From the NCBI RefSeq assembly GCF_006345805.1, contig NC_042997.1:198524001-198588000 (forward strand): a stretch of DNA of 64,000 nt. Reading direction: 5' to 3'. Numbering within the stretch: position 1 is the first letter of the stretch; the number at the start of each line of letters is the position of its first letter. Under the pieces are notes generated by a model. It was given only the letters and a program-made list of their open reading frames with translations. It did not search any database and had not been told where the DNA came from. Positions 10,870-22,689 of the stretch are shown in pieces. The DNA is from Octopus sinensis (taxonomy: Eukaryota). Made by a program: the position numbers and the translations under genes.

Positions 10870-11410
10870 AACACAAGGGTAGAGTAACAACTTACTTTCC
10901 TCGACATCCTCATTAAGAAATCAAACAACGAAAGAGAAACCGATATATACCTATTTCTTTATTACCTACAAGGGGCTAAACACAGAGCGGACAAACAAGG
11001 ACAGACATAGGTATTAAGTCGATTACATCGACCCCAGTGCGTAACTGGTACTTAATTTATCGACCCCGAAAGGATGAAAGGCAAAGTCGACCTCGGCGGA
11101 ATTTGAACTCACGACGTAACGCAGACGAAATACCGCTAAGCATTTCGCCCGGCGCGCTAACGTTTCTGCCAGCTCGCCGCCTTCATATATACCATAAGCC
11201 CACGGACTCCAAGCAATATCTATCCTTCAAGTCATGCCAGACCAGACACACTACAATGAATATCCCTTTCAACCTAGCAAAAAAAGATTTGTATTATTAG
11301 TTTCTAACACAAACACCAAGGACACACGAATACATGAACAAGAGGATACACTCATCATCAGGAACTACCCACCGTCACTAATTGATACAGGCTTTCAACG
11401 TGCTCTTTAA
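10870..11410 (+). mobile_element. Diverged PLE RT fragment interrupted by a SINE A (-) at about 10946-11181
   Basis: Joining across the SINE (TSD ATATACC) gives QLTFLDILIKKSNNERETDIYHKPTDSKQYLSFKSCQTRHTTMNIPFNLAKK, then RNYPPSLIDTGFQRA; homologous to the 8.4-10.4 kb PLE. Confidence 0.75.
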
Positions 11411-11624
11411 CCAAACTTCCCAAGAAATATACAAAGACAGTGTAACCAGCAGAAATAAAATAATATTTTGTACTGCTGATGGACACAATTCGATAAACTA
11501 CTGCATATTAGAAGCAAGGTGGGACTGGAGCTCGGTATGTATGTCGATGACAATTCATCGTTCGATACGGGTTCTCAAGGTAGACAACTATGGTTTTGCT
11601 ACATGACAATGAAGTATGATATAT

Positions 11625-12081
11625 GGGATATTTACCTTTTGACCTACAGATTACGTTAGGGTGTTTGGGTTAGGGTTAACATAAACAATAGTAACAAACG
11701 AAATATACACTGCCGGAAGTTCTTGTTGACAAACAACAGCAGTAATTTTATTCAGCTGAATACACGTCATCGATTGGTTGAAATTACCGAAATACGAGAA
11801 CTTTAACATGAAATAACTTCGTAAATATAAGTTTTTCTCAAAAATGCTAAGAGTAAAATATATTTTATATGACATATTCTACCAGCGTCCAAAGTTTGAA
11901 AGTGTTTAGTTACAAAAAATTATTTTTTAAATCTTTAGGTCAAAAGGTAAAACTCCTGCCTTACTAATACCAGAAATATTACAACTGCTGCAGAATATAT
12001 TAGATTATTCAGTGGGTAGTTGCCGGGAGCAAACTTTTAAGGCAAGATTTTATATTCTGTAGGTCAAAAGGTAAAGATCCG
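11625..12081. mobile_element. Rearranged MITE related to 5507-6457
   Basis: Terminal IRs GGATATTTACCTTTTGACCTACAGA and TCTGTAGGTCAAAAGGTAAAGATCC; 11690-11930 matches the TIR of the 5.5-6.5 kb MITE; 11959-12045 recurs at about 54965-55050. Confidence 0.7.
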
Positions 12082-12394
12082 ATATATCTTCAAAGTATAA
12101 AACACAAACCGAATGTTAATGGTTGTGCTATTTAAAGTAATATAGAGTTTTAATATAAATAACATATTATCACGCCAAAACGAAATGCTTAGTGGTATTT
12201 CGTCCGTCATTACGTTCTATGCTCGAATTTTGCCTTGGTCAATTTTGCCTTTCACCCTTTGTCCTTGTGCCCCAAATTAGGAACCAATATAGAGCAATAT
12301 ATAGAACTTCTAGTAGGTAATATGCAAAATTTTCAAGGATAGATAATTCTGAATGTCAAGGAAATTAATTTTTTAGTATGAAAATAAACAGATA

Positions 12395-12556
12395 GGCGTA
12401 GGAGTGGCTGTGTAGTAAGTAGCTTGCTTACCAACCACATGGTTCCGGGTTAAGTCCCACTGCGTGGCACCTTGGGCAAGTGTCTTCTACTAGAGCCTCG
12501 GGCCGACCAAAGCCTTGTGAGTGGATTTGGTAGACGGAAACTGAAAGAAGCCCGTC

Positions 12557-12603
<47 letters not shown>

Positions 12604-12835
12604 CGTGTGTGTGTGCGTGTATATGTTAGTGTGTCTGTGTTTGTCCCCTCAACATCGCTTGGCAACCGATGCTGGTGTGTTTACGTCCCCGTCACTTAGC
12701 AGTTTGGCAAAAGAGACCGATAGAATAAGTACTGGGCTTACAAAGAATAAGTCCTGGGGTCGATTTGCGCGACTAAAAGGCAGTGCCCTAGCATGGCCAC
12801 AGTCATATGACTGAAACAAGTAAAAGAGTAAAAGA
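12395..12835 (+). mobile_element. SINE family B, full length
   Basis: Complete head, CORE-like CCTTGGGCAAGTGTCTT, (TA)n(TG)n and 3' module. Confidence 0.9.
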
Positions 12836-13096
12836 AATAAATGTTATAAGTGTTTTTAATTACTTTCCTTGATGTGTTTGCTACATAATATTAATTAACA
12901 AGTTTTGTGAGACACTGTCTTTTGTGATTGCCACATACAGACAAGCAAAGATATAGGTTGATATATAAATATTTCGACTGAGACAACAGGTGTCGTCGCA
13001 CTGAATTTGAATGAGATGCCACCAGATAAAATAGTGAACTTTTGGCTTGTTACATCAGCTCCCTAAACTTTCGCTTATTAATCCAAAATATCAGGA

Positions 13097-13488
13097 ACTA
13101 GCAGTATCACCCGACGTTGCTCGGGTTTGTTTCGACCCTTTAGAATTAGAATTTTTGAAAAGTAAAAATTCTGCATTGTGTAGCTTGTTATTCTCTTTAA
13201 GTGAACATTCTTCTGGTTGAAATAGACCGAAAAATGGCGACACAGCAGTCGAAAAATCGTAAAAAATAGGGATTTTCAAAGAAAAAAAAGCACCTTTTTG
13301 ATGTAAATAATTTTTGGTGTTAACATGGTCCGATTTGAATTTTTTTCTTCTATGGAAGGAAGAGCAAGCCTTCTTCTCTCATACTCTCGATTTCGGTCAA
13401 CTTGCGCCGCAGGGACTCGGAGGAGATAGTGCTAGTTGAAGGTTACCAAACCTGCCATACACAGACAACTTCAGCTTTATATATAGAG
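13097..13488 (+). mobile_element. Non-autonomous Helitron/Helentron-like (DINE-1/HINE-like) element
   Basis: Starts ACTAGCAGTATCACCCGACGTTGCTCGGGTTTG (subterminal hairpin) and ends ACACAGACAACTTCAGCTTTATATATAGA, a layout I recall for HINE/Lep1-type elements. Confidence 0.5.
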
Positions 13489-14709
13489 AGATAAGTCATG
13501 ATAATCATATAAGGCATACATTGTTTTATTTCTTCCTAATATTGTGTATTATAAAGAGTGAAGAATTTGTGTCGGCATCTATCATCTGCTCAATGAAGTA
13601 ACTCTTTGTAATATTCTTTTCTACTAAAGGTTACAAGGCCTGAAATGTTTGGGGATTGGGCCAGTCGCACTTATTTTATTAATCCCGAAAGAAAAGGAAC
13701 AGTCGACTTAGGTGGAATACAATTGTTTGTATTTGCTCCCATTGTCAGTAGGTTGACGTGACTGCAACTTAGGTGTGATAGAAAATGGTATATTCACCAC
13801 ATATAAAAAAATTTCGTTATGGGTAGTTTCAGTGGGCGAAATGAACCTTTCGTGGGCCGACTGGAGAATTAGTGGGAAAAGGAGGTGGGATACTGAAAAG
13901 GAAAAGAAGAGGACGAATGCAGAGGTTTATACGGTTGTAATGGAAATGAAACGATGCAGAAGAGATTGTTCTGCGTGAACAGTTAATTCTCAGAAAGGTT
14001 GCTATTGCGACGTAGATAAAATGTAGAATGGGAAATAATGATTGTTTTAATGCTAGTGTTTAGACTCATTCAAGCCTACATGTAAGACTAGATGAAATGC
14101 ATTTTTAAAGTGTATAGGACCGCTGGTCAGTGATTCATTTTGAAAGATTGTGAAGTTATTGTATGGCTTTATTCATGCATACATATGAAAGTGACGTAAG
14201 AAAATTCAATTGCATAAGAGTCTAGTTTAAGGACAGATGAATTTCAATGGCTTGTGTCGAAAGGTTATGAAATGATTGTCTGGATTATTTAAGCTTGTAA
14301 ATAAATACGTGTGAAGGGTTAGAATTGTATAGGAGCAAAAGTAAGAGACATTCCAAATGAGTAATCTTCATTGAGAGGTTGGAAAGTAACTGCTTGGGTT
14401 CAATCAAGCATGCGTATAAGTAAAGGTATGATAGGTCAGATTTCTATCGGAGTAAAGATGAAATTTATAAAGGATTGTAATGAAAGGTTGCTTATAAGCA
14501 TAACTTGGACTGCGTAAAAGATTACTTGAAAGATGACTTTGTTGATAAAGGCAAGGACGTCATTATTACTTTGAAGTTTATATAGCGGTCATCTGTAGTG
14601 CATCATCACACATTTGTGTATCCATAAAATTTGTGCACATTTTCACTACTTAGTATGCATACATCTCTTCATACATGACATATATATGTGTTATATATAT
14701 ATATAAATA

Positions 14710-14743
<34 letters not shown>

Positions 14744-15369
14744 CGCGCGTACACAGACACATATACCATGTTTAAAAGTTTCCACATTGTTCAGGAGGTG
14801 AGGAAAGTAATAAGGATAATCCTTTCTACTATAGATACAACGCCTGAGACTTTGGGGGAGGGGGTATGTATCTAAATGCTCACTGAGTCGAATACTTCTA
14901 GTGTTCGGATTTGTTGTTGGTAAACTGTCATACGTTTTATAGGTTACATGCTTGTTTGTCCAATATAATTCGCGCCACATCCACAGCATGTTATGACAAA
15001 TTAATTTTCCCAAAAACCATGAACAGTTATTGTGAAAATTTTGAAAAGACACACACACTTTGATCAACATTGTTTAGCTAGACAGCTAAACATTGTTGAT
15101 CAGTGTTTAACTTATTACAATATATCAAAAACCTTCGAGTTTCGCTTCAAAAAGAGTAAATTTTTGTTTGATGTTAGTAGATAATTTTTCCATGAATGTG
15201 TTTTCTTTTTGAGTTATGTTTTTGTTTTACTAAAATTCTCCTCAAAATAGAAGCATCTTTTAACCAGGGTATAAATTTTGTTGAATTACTTAAAAATTTC
15301 TCCATATTCATAGGTTTGGAGATGAAAATCTACAGTAAAATATTTGCTTCTGTTTTCATTTTCACACTT

Positions 15370-15720
15370 CTTAAATAGCTGTCATGAATATCCTCTGCTC
15401 TTTCGTTTATATTATTAAATAATGATGGTGGATAACGTCGACTAAAATATCTTTTTGTTAACTTGGTCTTTTTTTCCTGGATGTGCGTATGTGATATAAT
15501 GATGCAGTTTCTTCTTGCAAGATAGTTACAGGACATTAACTCACGTGTACATTGGGTGGTATGAAGCAAGAAGTAAATATTGTCTTGAATTTGTTGGTTT
15601 ATTATATATACCTGTCTCAATTTTATTCAGTTTTATTTTTACTTTTCCAAATAATATATCTAAAAACGATAATTTATCATTGCTCTATTCCGGCGAATAC
15701 TAAAAGCTGTAATCAGCGAA
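15370..15720 (-). mobile_element. Decayed PLE RT C-terminal fragment
   Basis: Minus-strand IYNKPTNSRQYLLLASYHP and, in another frame, LARRNCIIIS...RRYPPSLF match the RT thumb of the 8.4-10.4 kb PLE. Confidence 0.6.
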
Positions 15721-15957
15721 AACCTTAAACATTCTAGACAATTTATACTAAAAAGACTTATCTGACAAAAATATGATTGCTTAATCAATTTTAAATTAAA
15801 GACGAGCTATTTTTATGAAATTTTCTTGCTTAAATTATTATATTTACGTCGAGAAATTTTATAGGCTTCTGTTTTATGCTGAATCGCCAAGTTTCAAGGA
15901 CGTAGTCAAACTCATTGTCAAGCGGGGTTACATAAGCACTACCACACACCACACACA

Positions 15958-16337
15958 GATAGATAGATAGAGAGACAGAGGTAGGTAGGTAGATACATAG
16001 ATAGATAAGTAGGTAGGTAGGTAGGTAGGTAGGTAGGTAGATAGATAGATAGATAGATAAATAGGTAGGTTGGAAGATAGATAGATAAATAGGTAGGTAG
16101 ATAGATAAATGGGTAGGTAGGTACATAGATAGATAAATAGGTAAGTAGGTAGATAGATAGATAGGTAGATAGATAAATAGGTAGGTAGGTAGATAGGTAG
16201 GTTGGAAGATAGATAAATAGGTAGGTAGATAGATAAATGGGTAGGTAGGTACATAGATAGATAAATAGGTAAGTAGGTAGATTAATAGGTTGGGAGGTAT
16301 GTAGAGAGGTAGAGAGATAGGTAGATAGATAGGTAGA
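15958..16337. repeat. Compound (TAGA)n/(TAGG)n tetranucleotide array
   Basis: Directly visible; resumes at 16721-16748. Confidence 0.95.
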
Positions 16338-16722
16338 TTTCTTTATTAAACCGCACAGGGTCGAACACAGAAGAATAATACAATGTAGAATTTTTCTTTT
16401 CAAAACCGATCAACAGAGGTGGAAAACGTTTAGGACGTGTACACAAAGAGATAACAAGATAATATTTTAACAACAGAAATTCCCACTGACTAAGGTTATC
16501 CCTGGAGAAAAAAAACCTACCGAAAAAACCACGGTAACCTCGGAAAAAACAATGAGAACAAGGCGCCCTTTCTCTTTTTGTTTTATAGGTTCATGCTCAA
16601 TGTCCACGTTGGCGCACTCGGGTGGTCGAGCCGGTACCTGTCAGACAGTTGAAAGCGTCTGAGCAGGTTTCTGAGGCATTTGCACCCCCGTCTATTTCTA
16701 TCTCTGCCCACGTAGTCTAAGG
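16338..16722 (-). mobile_element. Internally deleted Tx1/L1-like LINE
   Basis: LDYVGRD...FQLSDRYRLDHPSAPTWT (APE-endonuclease-like D.+R..HP...TW) runs straight into LSMNL* and a 3' UTR ending AATAAAGAAA; the 3' end resembles 51862-52200. Confidence 0.5.
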
Positions 16723-18119
16723 TAGATAGATAGGTAGATAGATAGATAGAGAGAGAGAGAGGGAAAGAGAGAGGGAGGGAGGGAGGGAAAGAGAGCGAAA
16801 GTGACACTGAGCGTTAGATAAAAAAATGAAGGTGTGCAAGGCGTCCAAACAAAAAAAGAAAAGAGATATCAACTCGTTTCGTACAGTTAATATTTATGCG
16901 TATATATAAGCTTGAAGCAGAATCCAATCATTTAAAGCTTCACACAAGTTGGAAAAAGGTGTGACACTTTCAGGGATATTTTTTTCATTCCTGTGAAGAT
17001 TTAAGTAATGCGATTGTGAATCATATCTTAAAATACACACACATATTCATACACCTGCTTACGTATGTGTGTGTGTGTACCTTTGTGTGTGTGTGTGAGA
17101 GAGAGAGAAAGAAAGAGAGAGAGAGCAGAAACGTATACAAAATCACATGTAGTGTAGTTCTATATATTATAATGGCACATCATTTAAATCGATGAACAAA
17201 TTCTCTCAAAAGTAGAATACTTTCTGATTTCTAAACAATTCTTTTCTCCTTTCTGGAACATCTTCACGTTTTTCTGTGACAACTTCAATGAATTTTGTTG
17301 GAACTTGTTTGAATTTTCTCTCTTGCTACGCGTAATTCCTAACATATGTGTTGCCATATTATATACAACACGTACAATTTGCGGTATATTTACTATAAGG
17401 GAAGCAGAAATTTTGTAGTAAGCGCCGATCGTCTTAGAAATATGAGAGTAATAGTAACTAGAGGATGTCAACCACTACAAGTATTGCACAGAATATTGGG
17501 CCTTTAAGAACTACGTGTATAAGAAATAGAAGTCTCATTGCACATAGAGCTCTTCGTTGAAGACTTGTCGAAAGCGATGTAGGAAATGCATATCTAGATA
17601 GCTGAAACTTCTTAGAATATTTTCCGTGTCTTAGAATAATTTCCGTTTCTAAAAATTCGTCGCAACATTTCGTCAACTATAAGCAGTTCATAGATATCGA
17701 ATAAAAATTTTTAAGATATTTCCAGTATCGAAGTTGAGGGGAACCAAATACATATAAATGGCTTTGGTCCGATGGTTACAGCTTTCATTCAATTTGCTTT
17801 TCCTGTTGCTGTATAAAGTAGTTACTAAATATATATATTAGCTACAGAAGCGATATTAATACCCAGTATAAGAAAACGATTGACATTCGCAAAGACGCTC
17901 AACTTCTCAATAGTTTTCGACCAAATTTTCGACACTTCCCGACAATATTATTCAAATTGGCAACGTCCCCAACGTAAGCTGTGAAGGAAGGTTTAGACGA
18001 GCAGACGTGATGGCGAAACAGAAAAAATGTTGAGGTAAACACAGTAACAGAGTAAGGTCGGTGAAAAGAACAGTAGATCACTCGAGTTGTGAGAAGAGTG
18101 GAAAAAATGAAAAACAATC

Positions 18120-19330
18120 ATATACATAGACTGCCTTTCGACATCGGGACAAGATGAAGATAAGTTGTGTGAAGTAACGCTAATAAGAAAGGCACACGCT
18201 AAAACTAGAAAAACCCTGATCAGGAAAAGATGCGAACGACTCGTTCAAAGGTCTTTTCTAAAAAGAATGATTATAATGTGAAACAAAAAGTGTAAGGCCT
18301 TATGGTGCCCATATACACATACTCAGAGTTCCAAGATGCAATAGAAAATATATACTATGTCATATTTGTGGAAGACATCACACATGTGATTAGCAGCTGT
18401 TTAAAAAATGTCATCAAGGTATCACCTCCTTAAACGACATGACATTGTTGCAAAAACAATATATACCGCCATTCGAGAGAAAAGACTGTCCTGGAATAAA
18501 TTTAGAGAATCCCCCAGCTATTGAATAGGTACACAAATATCAACACAAGGAATACTGGTGGAACATTCCCACCAAAACATCTGTCAATTGTAAGAATACC
18601 AGGCCGGGTGGGTGGGACAAGAAAAAGTAAGTACTGTCATAGAGGTCAGTCGTCGTGCTGATGTGACTATTTCTTTGGGAATCAGAGAAAGAAACCAACC
18701 ATGGACAATTGCTTCGAAACCTCCAGCCTCTGTATCCAGATTATAAATTTACATTTGGGATGGAAGCACTCCGTCGGTTACGACGACGAGGGTTCCGGTT
18801 GATCTGAATAAACGGAACAGCCTGCACGTGAAATTAATGTATAAGTGGCTGAGCACTCCACAGACACGTGTACCCTTAACGTAGTTCTCGGGGATATTCA
18901 GCGTGACACAGAGAGTGACAAGGCCGGCCCTTTGAAATACAGGTACAACAGAAACAGGAAGTAAGAGTGAGAGAAAGTTGTGGTGAAAGAGTACAGCAGG
19001 GATCACCACCATCCCCTGCCGGAGCCTCGTGGAGCTTTGAGGTGTTTTCGCTCAATAAACACTCACAACGCCCGGTCTGTGAATCGAAACCGCGATCCTA
19101 TGACTGCGAGTCCGCTGCCCTAACCACTGGGCCATTGCGCCTCCACAAATTTACATTTATACTAATAATAATTGGAGCACTTGGTTTTGTGAATAAGTGC
19201 TTAACTGGATAAGCTTGGGTTTCCAGTAAAAAGCAAAATAAACCAACTGATTCGCGCATTACAAATACAATCTGTTAGCGGAACAGTAAAACTCTGCAAG
19301 ACTTTTATCTGGTTTAAAATGTGACATTGT
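18120..19330 (+). mobile_element. R4/Dong-like RLE non-LTR retrotransposon 3' fragment, split by SINE C2
   Basis: EDITHVISSC, RHDIVAK, KEYWWNIP, YGQLLRNLQPLYPDYKF then IIIGALGFVNKC; homologous to 28180-29100. Confidence 0.75.
18757..19146 (-). mobile_element. tRNA-derived SINE family C (tail type 2), 12-bp TSD
   Basis: Head GGAGGCGCAATGGCCCAGTGG...GTTTCGATTC; TSD AAATTTACATTT at 18745-18756 and 19147-19158. Confidence 0.9.
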
Positions 19331-19745
19331 TTTCGTTATCCCCATTCCAATTATGAAGCTTTGTATCGTTGTTAGAAACCAATTTCCTCTTCTCAGGAAG
19401 AATTTAAATAATTAAAAACAGAAAAGAAATATACATACATACATGCGTGCACACACAGACCTGTATGTATATCTGTTAGACACGCAATGATCGACAACAA
19501 AATGTTATAGTCGAGTCTACTGTGTCTGATAATATATGCCTAGGTTGCGAATGAAAGTGTAAGGGTCCGTGGCCGTTTACGTGGTGATCGCGTTTCATTG
19601 GTCGATTTCCAATCAACATCAACCAATGAGCGATAGTTTGGTATGGAGCTGTCTTCGACAGTTTTATGTTACTCATTTTAACCTTCTCTTCATGGCATCG
19701 TATGCCGTTTTTGATTTTGCTAATGATTTTCTGAAAATTAATATT

Positions 19746-20133
19746 ACTCTTTTACTTGTTTCTGTCATTTGACTTTGGCCATGCTGGAGCACCGCCTGTA
19801 GTCGAGTAAATCGACCCCAGGACTTATTCTTTGTAAGCCTAGTACTTATTCTATCGGTCTCTTTTGCCGAACCGCTAAGTAACGGGGACGTCAACACACC
19901 AGCATCGGTTGTCAAGCGATGTTGGGGGGGAACAAACACATAAACACACACACATGTATATACATATATACGACGGGCTTCTTTCAGTTTCTGTCTACCA
20001 AATCCACTCACAAGGCTCTGGTCGGCCCGAGGCAATAGAAGAAGACACTTGTCCAAGGTGCCACGCAGTGGGACTGAACCCGGAACCATGTGGTTCGTAA
20101 GCAAGCTACTTACCACACAGCCACTCCTGCGTC
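19746..20133 (-). mobile_element. SINE family B
   Basis: Full-length reverse-complement match to the consensus. Confidence 0.9.
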
Positions 20134-20408
20134 TATTTTTAACATTTTTAAAAAAATACATTTCTTTATATTACAGCTTATAATATACTAGCTGCTGTTG
20201 AGTATCTCTCCGTATGATAATGAACAAAAACGACAATTATTATCGATTTTATCGTACTTCTTTATTATTGTGACAGTCACGTTATTTCAATTGGGCGGCA
20301 TTTGGGTGTCAGTTTATTAGGAGCTGCCACACCATTAGGAGAAATACGGTACATATATAAAACATTACAAGCGTTGCCTTAAAAAGTACGAAGCTAGAAT
20401 TGAAAAAT

Positions 20409-20570
20409 GCGCAGGAGTGGCTGTGTGGTAAGCAGCTTGCTAACCAACCACATGGTTCCGGGTTCAGTGTCACTGCGTAGCATCTTGGGCAAGTGTCTTC
20501 TGCTATAGCCCCGGGCCGACCAATGCCTTGTGAGTGGATTTGGTAGACGGAAACTGAAAGTAGCCTGTCG

Positions 20571-20611
<41 letters not shown>

Positions 20612-20812
20612 TTGTGTCTGTTCTCCTAACATTGCTTGACAACCGATGCTGGTGTGTTTACGTCCCCCGTCACTTAGCGGTTCGGCAAAAAAAAGAGACC
20701 GATAGAACAAGTACTGGGCTTACAAAAAGAATAAGTCCCGGGGTCGAGTTGCTCGACTAAAGGCGGTGCTCCAGCATGGCCGCAGTCAAATGACTGAAAC
20801 AAGTAAAAGAGT
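20409..20812 (+). mobile_element. SINE family B
   Basis: Full-length match; inverted relative to 19746-20133. Confidence 0.9.
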
Positions 20813-21299
20813 ATGCTCAAAAGGGCTACAGAACGTCATAATAATCCTTAAAAATTATCGGACTAGCATTGTTGCTCAAAAGTATTGGACTAACTATATA
20901 TTGTACATTCTGAGGCATCCTATTATCACAAGAAATTTATTTAGTTCATCGAAATTAAATTATATTAAAAATTAATTAAGTTAAATTATCGTATACTCAA
21001 TTTTAACAAAACAATTGTGTGCACATACTAATGTCATCTTTACGCAATAATTCAATCTTTGAATGATAATTTTTTATAAATTTACAAGTAATCAATCAAA
21101 AGTAATTTAGTAATAATTTGTTTAATTCGCAGAACTATTCCATTAATGTATCATAATGCGAATTATCTTTGCTTATAGTTACATCGGTTTCGTACCTTCG
21201 CTGTTATATAGATTCGACTTCACCATAAATACAATTTTATTTTATCATAGTAATTTGCATGCAGTATAAAATATGTTGTTTTTTTATACACTTTAGCAT

Positions 21300-21465
21300 G
21301 ACGTGTATTATAATGAATTTACTTTTACAGTTCTGTATTTAAGAGATGAGGAATTATGTATATTATTTACATTTGACGGATATTTGTCATCTTTTTTGTT
21401 TTTAAGACAACGTTTCGGCTGATAGCCTTCATTAGGTGTCTTGAGGAAATTTCAAGCCCTTGTTA
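21300..21465 (-). mobile_element. PLE pLTR-like relic with degenerate hammerhead fold
   Basis: Minus strand 21404-21442: AAGACAC CTAATGA A GGCT ATC AGCC GAAA CG TT GTCTT. Confidence 0.5.
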
Positions 21466-21856
21466 CAATTATGTATATAATTATAAAATATTTGTAAAAT
21501 TTAGCTATGAGGTTTTTATTTCCGCGCTGACCACCTGGTAAAATCCATTAATGATTTTCACCATTTATTATTGTTATTATATATATAATCTACACACAGA
21601 CACAGATATAAACATATATTCATGAATGTTAACTTGTGTGTGAGTGTATGAATGTTTGAGCCTGATCTAAATTATGATGTAGTGTCACATATCCTATAAC
21701 CTAGCGATTCTACAAACAGAGTCCGATAAAATAATTATTAGATTAAAAAAATAAATACCGGGTTTAACATGATTGGTCACTCTCTTAAGCATGCCCGTAA
21801 TTAGATGGCTCAGAAGAGCACAAATGGGTAGAGGTTTATCTGTAAGTGTATATATA

Positions 21857-22228
21857 GGCGTAGGAGTAGCTGTATGGTAAGTGGTTTCCTTACCAACCAC
21901 ATGGTTCCGGGTTCAGTCCCTCTGTATGGCACCTTGGGCGAGTGTCTTCTACTATAGCCCCCGGTTGACCAAATCCTTGTGAGTGGATTTGGTAGACGGA
22001 AACAAAGAAATCCGTCCTCGTATATATAGATATGTATTTTCTGTGTCTGTGTTTGTCTCCCGACAATCACATGACAACCGATGTTGGTGTGTTTACGTTC
22101 CCGTAACTTTGTGGTTCGGCAAAAGATACCGATTGAACAAGTACTAGGCTTACAAAGAATAAGTTCTGGGGTCGATTTGTTCGACTAAAAGGCAGTGTTC
22201 CAGCATAGCTGCGGTCAAATGACTGAGC

Positions 22229-22277
<49 letters not shown>

Positions 22278-22680
22278 GCAGGAGTGGCTGTTTGGTAAGT
22301 AGCTTGCTAACCAACCACATGGTTCCGGGTTCAGTCCCACTGCGTGGCATCTTGGGCAAGTGTCTTCTGCTATAGCCCCGGGCCAACCAATGCCTTGTGA
22401 GTGGATTTGGTAGACGGAAACTGAAAGAAGCCTGTCGTATATATGTATATATATATAAGTGTGTGTGAATATGTTTGTGTGTCTGTGTTTGTTCCCCTAG
22501 CATTGCTTGACAACCGATGCTGGTGTGTTTACGTCCCTGTCACTTAGCGGTTCGGCAAAAGAGACCGATAGAATAAGTACTGGGCTTACAAAGAATAAGT
22601 CCTGGGGTCGATTTTCTCGACTAAAGGCGGTGCTCCAGAATGGCCGCAGTCAAATGACTGAAACAAGTAAAAAGAGTAAA
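21857..22680 (+). mobile_element. Two tandem SINE family B copies separated by (TA)n
   Basis: Heads at 21857 and 22275, each followed by the bipartite body. Confidence 0.9.
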
Positions 22681-22689
22681 TATATATAT

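Noticed and set aside
12395-12470. tRNA-like heads as genuine tRNA genes
   Set aside because: A/B boxes are present but there is no complete cloverleaf, and each runs into a SINE body.
13800-14600. Possible decayed LINE endonuclease/RT (similar hints at 24900-25480, 36600-37000, 47290-47640, 48700-48900)
   Set aside because: No motif could be read with enough confidence by eye; needs a frameshift-aware profile search.
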